Shown: in pieces, positions 1-11,700 of the stretch
Layout of the letters: every line of letters begins with the position of its first letter
How positions within the stretch are numbered: position 1 is the first letter of the stretch
Assembly: GCA_965178125.1 (NCBI GenBank)
Contig: OZ237736.1
Location: forward strand, 1,302,001 to 1,366,000
DNA: 64,000 nt
Source of the DNA: Bilabrum cf. latius
Taxonomy: Eukaryota
Reading direction: 5' to 3'
Made by a program: the position numbers and the translations under genes
Notes under the pieces: generated by a model
Databases searched by the model: none
Seen by the model: only the letters and a program-made list of their open reading frames with translations
Told to the model about the DNA's origin: nothing

Positions 1-2385
1 CAGCCTGGCTTCCTGCAGCTTGCGCAGGGCGTCCTCTGGGACGAGATCGCCGGCCCGTTCGATGGTGGCCGCTGCGTCGTCGAATCTAGTTACCAGGAAC
101 TCCTCGGGAAAAATCTCGTCCAGCACTGTATTCGTAGACCCTGGATCGTCGTCATCCTCAGACTAGCTGTCCTCATCACCGTTGTTTCCGTTCTGCCGCA
201 GAGACACGACTGCCGCGGCAATCATACGCTGTAGGGAAGGCACCTGCGTCGAGCCGTCATACTTAACCCCCAGCGCAATGGCTTCGTCGACACTGCGTTC
301 CACGCCTGCCTGCTTGATAACTCTTGAACCTCGCCTCTTCACCTCTAGCAGGCACGCAAGTTCGGCTGCGAGGAGTGCAACCGCCTGTGGCTTGCTCACG
401 GCGAGAGACACGAGCCGACGGGCCGTCGGGCCGCCGAACTGCATCATGTCTTTGTACGAGTCTGCGGCAATCGACTCGGCCGTGATCTTTGTGGCTGTGG
501 ATCGATCGCTCTGGCTGCTGCCACCGTCGCTTGGGGCCTGAAGGACACCCGCCGACACGATCTCACGGAGGGCGGCATCGCCACTCGGGAGCCCCATCGA
601 GATGAGCGTGTCGAACGCGGCGTGAGCATCCGACAGCGACCGCCGCAATTTGTTTCGCTGTGCTTTGAGGCGCGTACGAGACATCCAGGCCTCATGGGAG
701 CCGGATAGTTTCTCCATGCGCGCCAATGCCCTCGCCCTGATCCGTTCCTTCCGCCTGCCCTCTGATGCATCGGCGTAGAAATGCCCGGTCGTGTCAAACT
801 CAACCTGGGCAGGAAACACGATGGTTCCAACAACTTCCCGCACAAAGTCTTCTTCGAGTTTTTGCATCATGCGGCGTGCCTATCGTCCAGCAGCAGCAAT
901 TGATTCGCTAAAGTCACCTGGTGACAGTAGTCCGGATGCTAGCGCCTCCGCTTGCAAGTCACACTTCCGAATGGCATCAAGGGCTGCACTGCGCTGGTCA
1001 TTCAGCTGTTTTGCCTACTTTGCAGGCAGCGGAGTGAACCGGAACAGGGTTGCTCCTGTGGCGTGAATTATCGGGCTGTCGTGCGAACCCGAGCTGCCCA
1101 AGCCTTGCGCCCGCCAAAACTCGGGACGGAAGTCGACAGGATACCGTTTGTTCTCGATCCTACGAGCTCGGCGAATCTACTCTGCAGACATCTTCGCTGC
1201 CCTTTTACCCCTGCCTGATACTTTATCCTTGCCCTTGTCATCGCCCTCGCTTCCCTACGGCCCAGTGGAGCCCACTCCCGGTTGCTTTTCCCAATCTGCG
1301 CCCCCGAGAGCATACATGGCCCGCGCGAACCCGGCGTAGTACGAGAATTGCACATAGGCGTCTGCAAGCCAGATCTGCCCGGCCTCTAGCCGAGGCACCT
1401 CGTCGCTTGCCACTGAGTCGAAGCTGGACTCGGAGGAGGAGTCGTCCACGGCGGGCCCCTCTCCTCCCAGTGCCTCTTCCCCGCGTGGCGGGTCTGCACT
1501 GGAGTCCAGCATGGAGCTCTTGCCAGTGGCAGATCCCAGTCCTTCATCCTCTCGCCTACTTTGCCTCTCTCGCAAAGCTCTCCCAGCCCCTGATGATGCC
1601 CCTGCGGCATCCACGATATCGACCGAGCTGCGCCGCCCCCGCCGCACCGCCGCGCAGCCAGCAGTTGCAGCAGAGTTCCCAGCGGTCTGTGCTGCGCGGA
1701 ATGGCACCACATCAGCGTTGGAAACTCGACCAAACCGAGTAAAAAATGCCTTCATGATTCGAGCACAGCCCTTGATTTCGTCTTCGCTGAGCACGTCAGG
1801 CGTGCCAGCTTCCAAGCCCGTCGTGCTGGTTGGACGCCAACCGAGCGCTTCAAGAGGAATGCTCCGAAGCACGATGGTATCTGGGCGGGATCCCGAAGAG
1901 CCACCGATAAACGCACGATCCATGAGCTATGTCAGCCTGTCTTTGGCTTTCTTTGCGTACAGCGATTCGAGGTCTCCCGGACGTGCAGCCTTCCTGGCTT
2001 TGCGCGGGTCTACTCCCATCGCTTTCAGCTGAGCCAATAAACCTCCCTGTACGGCTTCCATTTTTGTTTGCAGACCAGGAGAAAATGTTTCGAGCCAATC
2101 CCACTGCCTGGGTGCTTCAACTGCTGCAACGACCGAGCTCGAATCCCTTGTCTCCTTAAAAAACATTTCGAGCTGGTTCACCGCCGCATCGCGCTTGTCT
2201 GGCCTGCTAAAGTCCACAACTACACCATTTTGATACATGGACACCCATGTTGACACAACATCAGCCAGATCTACACCGATTCCGTCCAAGAGCTGCAGCA
2301 CTGATGCCTGCGCATGAGTGCTGTTGATTTTTGCAGCTACGTGGGAGCAGTACAGTCGAAAGCTCGGCCGAAGTTGAAGGGACAT
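1..2385 (-). CDS. Hypothetical protein, 3' end runs off the window start (TAG=Gln)
   Basis: ORF-track pieces 1927-2385, 1255-1923 and 163-870 share one frame and are separated only by TAG (1927, 1255, 1177, 1015, 880, 163). No TAA/TGA down to base 1. An in-frame TAA at 2389 lies just upstream of the ATG at 2385. No recognisable domain. Confidence 0.7.
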
Positions 2386-2671
2386 GAGTTATGTGTCAGC
2401 TCGTGCAGGGCTTGCGATACTGCATTCCATCCAACGGGACAAGGAGCCCCAATCTGATCTGGTCCAACAGACACTTTGGTTGTTCGCACTCCGAGTTGTG
2501 GCCACTGGTGGCACCACCGTGATGATGATGATGATGGCATGTCTGGTGGGAGTGCATGCATTCCACGCTTTGTTACAGAACAACTAGAATGGCCAGGTCA
2601 CTTACGAGGCAGAGGCAACGACAGCCATTTTCAAGATCTGTGCATATCTGAAGCCACCCCACCCCCGAAGC

Positions 2672-4206
2672 TCATTGCTTCCCCGGCCGGTTGCGATACA
2701 AGGCGAAGAGAGCGAGAGCCGCGGCACCAACGATAGCGATTCCAGCCGCAAATGCGATCGACCATCCTTGGTCCTGACCCTTGCCGCCCTCTACTTCTAT
2801 CGCGCCGTCATCTACAGCCACACCCTTGCCTTCTTTCGTCTAGGCGACCATTACATGGGTACCTGCATTATTATGCTGCAACGATTCTGCGACTTTCTCA
2901 GCCTTGCTGTCTGCGATTAAGGACTCTGAGTCCGTTGAGTGCGCACCCTCTGCCACTACCCCTGGGCCTGCGAGAGCCAATCCACCGCTCGCAGCCGAGC
3001 TGCCATTCGCGCCTCCTGCCGCGGCCCCTGCGGCTGACACAGACTTTTCTGCAGACACCGCGGACTTTCCATCCTGGCCCGCCACTGGGCTAGTGCCTTC
3101 CTCGGAGGCATCGCTCTTTGGTGCGGTGCTGCCACTGGCCCCGCCCCACAGCCCCTTCTTCTAGAACGCCTTCCGAAAGCTTCGGTTGGATTTCTTGCGC
3201 CTGAGCTGGATCTTGGATTTGCACTCCGCGGCCAGCCGCGCGGCCTCTGGAATACCGTGTTCCACAACCGCGGGGTGCGTGAGAGCCTCCTGTGCGGCCT
3301 GCAGCTGGCCCTGGTGGTACAGGGCCTGCCCCAGCCTGTACTGGAACTTGGGCATCAGCCGCCGCACGTCCTCCGGTGGGCACCTGCCGGAGTTCAAGCC
3401 GGAAATAGCCTCCTGCACGGCTTCGACGGCGGGCCCGTACTCCTTCCTCGTCATGTGGGCCTGCGAGAGGTTTCCCATGAGGCGGGCGAGCACGGGGGCC
3501 ACCATCTCCGCCTGCTCGTCTGTCCTGGCCTGCCGAGCGGACCACTCGCGAACGTGCGCAACGCTCTGCAAGTAATGCACAACTGCAGCGTCGACATCTC
3601 TGGCCTTGAAGGCTGCATCCCCCCTAAGCTTCGATCGCATAATGATTCTGACGAGCTGCCCGGTGTTGGAGCTGTATGAGCGTCGCAATTCAGTCGCTGC
3701 TACGCTTGCCACGGCACAGCTTCCATCTGCCATGATCCAATCCGTCAAATCGATCTGATACATTTTGGTGGTGCCGACCATGCTGCGCGGGACGATCGAT
3801 TCCTGGGGAAGTCACGCGGCAAGCAGTTTGGCGGAGCAAAGAGTCCCCTGAGCAGTAGCTAGCGTAAGTCGCTAACGAATGCGTAATTTGGCGATACTCA
3901 CTATGATTCATTCACGAGACCGAGGCCGTATGGGGACTTCACGGGCTCATCAAGCGGGTACAGTATCTCTGTCCTCAAACCTGAGTCGATTACAACCTGC
4001 TCCCGACCAACTGTTGCCTGTCCAAAGGGTAATCTAACTTCAAGAATATCTCCACCCTGTCTAGGGCGCAAAAAAGTTGCCCGGTGCTTGGAGGCAACGG
4101 GCCCTGTACCAAGCCGAATGTTCATCTTCACCCCTGTTGACAAGTTCATGACATCAACAGCGGACAGCACCTAGACATTAGAGCTTGGGTCAGGAATATC
4201 AGCCAT
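2672..4206 (-). CDS. TPR protein with possible degenerate FKBP-like N-terminus and C-terminal transmembrane tail anchor; complement(join(2672..3782,3902..4206))
   Basis: ATG at 4206. Intron 3901-3783 (GTGAGT...CGCGCAG) restores the frame. TPR-like helices: RGDAAFKARDVDAAVVHY, LMGNLSQAHMTRKEYGPAV, FQYRLGQALYHQGQLQAA. Reading through TAG at 4171, 3161 and 2840 reveals a terminal hydrophobic helix WSIAFAAGIAIVGAAALALFALYR followed by TGA at 2672. The FKBP similarity is weak. Confidence 0.75.
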
Positions 4207-4262
4207 ACTTGCACAATTTTCCCGCACTATGGACAACTCAAAGGCCAGACCCGGAATGCGAA

Positions 4263-4282
4263 TCGCGAATCGCGATTCGCGA
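4263..4282. promoter_or_regulatory. Perfect 20-bp palindrome TCGCGAATCGCGATTCGCGA (three TCGCGA units), candidate promoter element
   Basis: Seen directly, about 57 bp upstream of the ATG at 4206 in a divergent intergenic region. A regulatory role is inference only. Confidence 0.35.
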
Positions 4283-5209
4283 ACCTTCTGTCGACACCTT
4301 CGTCGGATCCCCGTTGAGCCGGCTCAGCAAAGGGCTGAATGCGTGGGACAATCAAGGTTCTCTTGTTTGCCTGTGGCCCCCAGGGTCAGTGTGCACATTG
4401 CCGTGTTGCAAAGTGGTCCTGTGACCAGGGGGCGTCTTCCCGCTACGTGTTTGTGCATCGAGCAGCACCAGCACCTGCCCAAGAAACTGTGTTGCAGATC
4501 GTCCAGTCACCATCGAAATGGGGGTTGCAGCAATTCTATCTTTATTACTGCACGTCTCGACATGCAGCCAGATGCTTGGTGCCGAGACCTGCAGGTCTGG
4601 GTACAGCGACCACTCCATTGCGACCAAACCCAACAGCGGAACATACCTCATCGCCGCGCCACAGCAAGCAAACAAGAATTCACCTCCATCGCTACATTAT
4701 CGAAGAGTTAGCTTGGATTCGGCCTTATACTGGACCGCTATTGGTCTTGATTAGCTATTACTAACTATCTTTGGCTGTTACGCCCATCTGAACTTCCAAA
4801 TTGGGTATATCTGGAGGTGAGCTCGTGGCTCGTAGTTTGATGGACCTCTTGTCGTACAAACTGCGTAATTTCCATCGCTCCACCCCCCCTTTGCTGCAAA
4901 TTTGGTCTATATTACAAATAGTTGATGATGCAATGGGTAAAAAGGTTCTGGGAAGAGGTCGCTTTGTTGTTCACCTCGCTCGCGATCCCTTCCTCAGCCG
5001 AGATGAGATGCGATCACGCCACCTGGTGCCATCGCGTACATGTCTACTTGAATTTTGAGATTCAGCAGACAAGGTTCGATCGTTTGTCTGATATGTGGCT
5101 TCATCTAGCAACTCCTGCGGTACTGAATACCGGTACTTTGTTTGATCGACTTCAACATTGCGCAGTTCAGCAGTTTGTGACTAGGGGGTTTAAGATTGCG
5201 CAGGAAATT

Positions 5210-8200
5210 ATGTCAGCGCAAGACAATTCTCAAATCGATAATTATGGACCTGGTCTGCTCGGCACGATGCCTACTAGCTCTGAGCAAGCCAGCAAGCAAT
5301 CGGATGCCGGGTCCATCACTGGCAGCGCTGTGCAGCTTTCGAGGTCGGACCCATTGGTATCTGATAGAACTCAGCTGTTCAACAGCAATGGACCGATACG
5401 ATTTGCGCCTGCAACTGCCAATAACTCCACATCCGCCGCCGTTTGGCCTACCGGTGTGCCGCTGACAACTAGCGACCAAAGGCGCTCATCACCGCAGGCA
5501 CAGCAGCCCGCGGCACAGGCACCCCAGCCCCAGCCCGCGGCACAGGCACCCCAGCACCAGCCCGCGGCACAGGCACCCCAGCACCAGCCCGCGGCACAGG
5601 CTCCCCAGCACCAGCCCGCGGCACAGGCACCCCAGCACCAGCCCGCGGCACAGGCACCCCAGCACCAGCCCGCGGCACAGGCACCCCAGCCCCAGCCCGC
5701 GGCACAGGCACCCCAGCACCAGCCCGCGGCACAGGCTCCCCAGCACCAGCCCGCGGCACAGGCACCCCAGCACCAGCCCGCGGCACAGGCTCCCCAGCAC
5801 CAGCCCGCGGCACAGGCACCCCAGCACCAGCCCGCGGCACAGGCACCCCAGCACCAGCCCGCGGCACAAGCACCCCAGTACTAGCTCACCCCGCATAGTC
5901 ACCCATAGATGGCCCCAGCCTTGTACGATCCAGTCACACAGGCCGGTAGTGGAGGCATCATGGCAGCAGATGGGCACGGCAACCCTGCCTCCTCCTCTTC
6001 ATCATCTTCAGCGTCCTCCTCTGCAAACAGCATGGCAGCCAGCGTGGCGCAAGACCCGGAGCTCAAACAACTGGAGGAAGCCACAGGGCTCAAGCATTTT
6101 CGCTGGCCTGCGGTCAACGGCAATGGCAGCGCAAGCGGACACGAGAGCGACCAGTCCAGCGAAATGCGGATCACGCGCATCCCCATCGGCCCCGATCCAG
6201 TGACAGGCGAGATGCGGTTTCGGTACAAGTGCCACTGTGGCAGCACTTTTAAGAGCGTCGGGCAGCTGCGAGCTCATGCCAGATACAAGCACAAGTCGGG
6301 TCGTGCGTGCCAGTGCCCGTGCGTGAGTCCCTTCTGTCCCTGCCTGCTGTGCATTTATGGCTGCTGTTCGTTCCTCTGTTAGCCCCGCATCAAAAATCAC
6401 ATCATGGAGAGAGATCTTATTGCATTCCATTTGCACCGCAGTGTGGGCTACGCCTCGCGCAGCCGGGCAATGCGGTCCGGCACTTGCAGACGCAGCACCC
6501 CGGTGTGCGGCCCTACCGCTGCCGTGCGTGTGGGGCCACTTTCCTGAGCCATTTCAAGATGATGAAGCACCGGAGAGTGGCTCACGGCATCGAGGGCGAC
6601 CGAAGTGGTATCGTCAGCGTGGAGGACATCGATCTCTCTGTGTGCCCTGCTGCCGCTGCTGCTGCCCAGGGGCGGCCGTTCTTGGTGGGGCAGCAGGACG
6701 ACGCCTCCAGGTCCCAGGCAAACCGCCGCAGGGGAGGTGGTGGCAAGCGCCGGTCTCCGGTCCAGACTCCCATGGCAATACCGAGCCCGCTTGCGATGCC
6801 GTGGTCGTTCGAGGCATAGGCGCCAGTCGCTTCGGCTGCTGATACTCAGACTAGCACCTCTCGCCCGCCCTCCGCGAAGCGACCGCAGCAGAGAGGCTCT
6901 GATGCCGCGTTCGATTCCTCTGCCCTGAGAGCGACGTTCTCTCGCGCAACCACTTCCGGTCGCAAACGTACCCGGTCTCGGAAGGCAGCACAGCTGGACA
7001 ATACCTTCATGAACAGCGACCTTGAGCTGGACGAGGAGGCTCCCAGGAGCAAGCGGGCCAGAACCACCGATGGCGGAATGACGGAAGCGCTTGCACAGCT
7101 GGCCGAGACAGCCAAGGAGGCGCAGCAGCAACTCGGCCCTCTACCACGCGGGGTGCGACTGCTGCACTCGGCCAACCTGCGCACGGCCTCCAGCGAAGAA
7201 GTCAGTCTGGCCCACCTGATTTCGATCATCCCACCTGGATACGTGCTTGCCCCTCGTGCTTCCGTGCTGAGGCCAGGAGAGCCCGCCGCAGAGCGAGGCA
7301 TCATTGACCCGGACCAGTTGCGGTACCTGGCGGCCAGCCAGGTCGATGAGTTGTAGCCTCTTCGTGAACTTGCCAGCCTCTCTTAGGCAACGCCCATCGA
7401 CGCAAAGGATGGCTCAACTGCGGACAGCGGTCAAACGGCCTCAGCCCCAGCCGCTGCAGCATCGGAGTCTGTGCCTGCAGCTAGCCGCAGCACAACGCCG
7501 CAGGAGGACGCCGCGGCAGCGACTGAAAATACTAATGAGATTGGTGAGACCGATCCTGCGGACGGGGGAGTGGATGCTGCCGATTAGAGCGGCAAGGCAA
7601 CATCAGATGTGGGAGCACGCTCACACAAGAGGCTTGGTGCTGACCCTCAAGTCATCATGGACCGGCTTGTCTTCACGCTAGGCCCGACTGGCCAGATGGT
7701 GCCCGCAGTGTTGCAAGTAGAAGCTGGTCGCGTTGCAATTGCGATGGAGCACCACTGGCCGAGCGGTGTGCAACCCACGGTTGCGCCAGATCTAGCTAGC
7801 ATCGTCAGAAGACAGGCAGAAGTCAGCAATGGGATCCAGCCGGCCATGGAAAGTCTGCCACGCTCGCGGTCTGGACAAGCTGGACGCAACCGCAATTAGC
7901 ACGCTAAAGCTGCCTCACGACAAGCTCATCCTTACGTGCATAGAGTACCACCCCAAAGCATGGCGATTGGTGCTGCGCACAGCGGGCATCCTTCCCTCTT
8001 CGACCTCGCTAGCGTGACATCGCCGACCTCTGTCTCATCAGATACCCGCCCAAGGAAGTGGCACTGCCCTACGTGCGATCGCGCATTCCGCTCTTCCAGC
8101 AACTTGAAGCGGCACCGCGTGACCGTACACCACTAGCCGCTGACGAGGACGTGCTTCATGTGCTCCGCGAAATTCTGCGACGAGCACGACCTCGGTCCGC

Positions 8201-8676
8201 ACCTGTCATCGAAGCACGGGATTTCCATGGATGCCTATGAAGCCGAGTTCGGGGCACAGGAACGCGCTGGAATCACTACCAAGACATCGCCCGGGGACAG
8301 GGTTCTGGTCGTGTCACATACGAGGACTCTTTCCTCAAGCGCACCTCGGGCTGGTGTGCCCTCGTAGCAGCACAGTCTGCCCCAACCGCCGCAGGGCTGG
8401 TCGCAGTCGAGCGCCTAGACGACGCAGGGAGAGCGCACTGATGCGGCACCTGTGTCCATGCCGCAGGCATCAATGCAGCTGGATAGGGGTACCCCGACCA
8501 GTGTGACCACAAACGCTGCATCTGCATCGTCTGCTCAGCAGCCCAGTGGGGCCGGGCCTGAGCCCCGCACAGGCACCGAACAGCAGTTCGAGCACAGTGG
8601 TGGGGGCGGTCTCCCGCCTTTACCCGCAGGAGAAGCACCCATGGAAGGCGGGGCAGCACCCATGCAAGGGACTTGA
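5210..8676 (+). CDS. C2H2 zinc-finger protein (about 5 fingers) with Gln/Pro-rich repeat; join(5210..6322,6442..8676)
   Basis: Fingers: YKCHCGSTF..LRAHARYKH, CPC|CGLRL..VRHLQTQH, YRCRACGATF..MKHRRVAH, WHCPTCDRAF..LKRHRVTVH, CFMCSAKF..LGPHLSSKH. Intron 6323-6441 (GTGAGT...CCGCAG) joins finger 2. About 10 in-frame TAGs; TGA at 8674. The start could be ATG 4925 instead of 5210. Confidence 0.85.
5501..5887 (+). repeat. Coding 27-bp tandem repeat (about 14 copies) encoding QPAAQAPQH
   Basis: Unit CAGCCCGCGGCACAGGCACCCCAGCAC. The degenerate last copy has TAC TAG CTC where the consensus has CAC CAG CCC. Confidence 0.95.
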
Positions 8677-8798
8677 GCCCGACCGGTGCGACTCCGGCGC
8701 TCAATCCGTGCTTGATCCATTCATTGATCGAGTGACAGATTGGTACATGCATGTGTAACGACATTTGAATTTTCAGTTACTTTTGTTCCTTCCCCTGA

Positions 8799-11700
8799 TC
8801 ACATAAAATGAGCCACACGAACCCGAGGGGCGTCTTGCATCGGGGTGATCCTGATTCGTCTCACGAGCGAGGGAACAAGCTCTCCATCGATCAGAACAGG
8901 GAGACCTGTGGGTCCCGCATTGGACTTCGACTGCCCTTCCGATTCAACGTCAATTCTCACCGCCATGACACAGCTTGCAGACTCGCTTTCCTCCGTCACG
9001 AGGTTGTCGAGGAGCTGGGGCCCCGAAGGCAGTCCGCTCGAGATGCTCCTAGCCGTGGGTCCATCTGAGTCTGATGCCATCATAACCAGCCACGGGGAAT
9101 CCATTTTGGCGATCGGCTCAAATGGAATCTGGATGGCTTCAGGCAAATCGGCTGCCTCTCCTAGTGGTCGCTTTTCGGCACCTGCCCGTTTCTGGGCTGC
9201 GAGCGCTCGCCGTGCAGCCAGTCTGCCAACCCCCGATAGCGCCTTTCTAAGGTCTCTAGCAGAAACGTACCCAGCCCCTGGCTGTGGCAGTCGCTCGCAT
9301 TCGCCCACAAGCTTGGCCGCCAGCTCAACCTAGGCGGCCTGTTGCGGCGAGATAGCCCCAGCTCCAGTCCCAGCTGCTTGATCCCCCTCCATTTCTGACA
9401 GCTCTTGCGCCTAGCGTTCCTTCCTCAAGCGCTGCTCTTGGTGAGCGAGATCATCTGCAGATGGAAGCGCACTGATTCGTAGGGACATCAGCTGGCTCTT
9501 GAGGACCTCCTTCACGTCGCTCGGCTCAAACGACCCAACATCATCCCGAGGCGCTGCCGCGGACAGGCGCAATGGTGGAGTCAGGTGCCGCTTTGTCTTG
9601 CGGTACTCGTCAATGCGCTCCGATGAAACTAGCACGTCGTCTCGGAAGGCCTCTGCAGCTGGGTGCCCCTCGTGTGACTCGGCTCCAACCGCAGCTGCTA
9701 CACCGCTTGCGAGCATTTCAGTTACGCTCGCCGACCTCGACCGGGCAGCTGGAACAGCTGACTCGCTCGAACTAGATTCGAAACGCTTCGCCTGGTCCCA
9801 AGCAGCATTAGCGCGAAACCCAAGCTCAAGTGAAGAGAACATAATCAGCGAAACTGTGCGAGTGCTGCTTTGCGCAGCTGCATCCGATGCAGGGTACATG
9901 GGATGCGACTGTGTGCTGGCATCTCCGACGAGATCCAGCTCCACCGTGAACAGCTTGAGAGCGGTGGATTTATCAGCATTTCGAAGGTAGGAGTGCAAGA
10001 GGGTTCTCATGGACGACAGCGGGGTGTGAAGCCCCAACCTGCCGCCGACGTATCCGCATCGCAGCATGTCCTCCTCCCCGAGGATTCCGCCGCAACCATT
10101 GGGCGACACTGCTGCGCACCGTTGGGCCAGCGATAGCGGCCGGTGTACCCCTTTGTGCTCCTACCCATGGTGATCATCATCATCAGCGCCATCGACGTCA
10201 GGCATGGCCCCAGTGCCCTCCGGGTTCTTTTCAAAAGCGTGCTTGATCACCGCTCGAGACTATCTTCCGTGTGGAGCGGTTGCTTTCGCGCCTCCGTGCC
10301 TTCCAGAAAAGCTCGGCCCGGATATGATCTGCCGGGGCAGCCGTGGTACAGTGCTTGAATCGTGGGCAAACACGCTGTACACCTCACGGCAATACCACGG
10401 GTCTGTGACCGCGAGCCATTGCGCCAGAGTGCACGGAACTTGAATGGCACGGTGGAGGCGCCATTCTCGAGATCCAACGTGGACGGAGTTCTTGCCAAGG
10501 GCGCGGGCAGCCTGCGCTCCGAGTGATCCAGACGATGGACTACTTGCAGAGGATGCGCCTCCAACCAACGACCGTCGCTGTGGGGCGTGCCGTCCCCCCT
10601 TCGGCGTGCTGGCGCCAGATCCAGACGTGGCTATGCCCTTCGGTGACGCGAACGACGGCAAAGGTTCACCGTGGCCCAATGGGTGCACCATGCAGCTTCC
10701 GTGTGTGCCCTGTGGCGAGGGCACGATGAATAAACGCCACTCAACCTGTTCCGTCTTGTGCTTGTGCAGCGAGCACACCTTCGCGATTGCGGAAAGGGCA
10801 GAGTGAACCGCAATGTCGTTGCCAGCGACAACGATGGGCACCGGAACCACTTCAGCGCCTGGGCGGATGATTGCGGACGGCTGGTATGGTCCGCGTACTC
10901 GCGACTGCGGCTTGACAGCATCTGGTCTCGGAGTGGACGCTCCGTCTGGGAGCTGTTGCTGCGCCGGTCCGCCTGGGACTCTGCTGTCTTGGTGCCTGCT
11001 TCCAGACTCAACAGCGAGCTCGCTGCCGCGACCGTGGAGTGTGCCACTAGAATCGTGCCCGCCGTGATGCAGAGCCGTGACCAGATCCATGAGAGAAGAG
11101 ACGGCGTGGTCTATCCGCTTGCTTGCATTTGCCGCACCATCCAGCAGGGCGATGGCCTCAAGGGTGGTGGATTGCCTCCCCGTGGCCTTGCCAGCGGTTG
11201 ACCTCTGGGAGTCTTGGCTGCCCGCTCGTGCTACGCTTGCCGAGGATCCAGCGCGGCTGCTGCGCGGACCTTGGCCAGAGGATAGATCTGCCACGAGCCC
11301 TAGCGGGAGGGGCATGCATCCGAGCCTCAGCGGAGGTGGCTGGACCTGCGGCACGGGCAGGTTGAGGTATCCCTCGGGAGACACTGCGTGATCCATGTCC
11401 ACGTCGTGGCTAGCAGCGGGCGACTCTGCGTTTAGTCCGCGGGGTGCGTACCACTTTGCCTCGCCAAATACCATGCCGCGCACTTCTTCCACGACGTGGT
11501 GATTCCACCGAACGGAAGCTGCGCTGTCGTGCACAGACCACCTTGCCCATTTTGTCCAGAGTTCCACCATACAGTTCTCTAAATCAAGCGCAGTGAACGT
11601 GTGATCGGATCGAACAGCCCTCGACCCCAATTTAATGGGCGATCCATCGCCATCCGAGTCGACCGAGCCTACGTCCTCTGAAGAGGAGCCGCCCCGCAGC

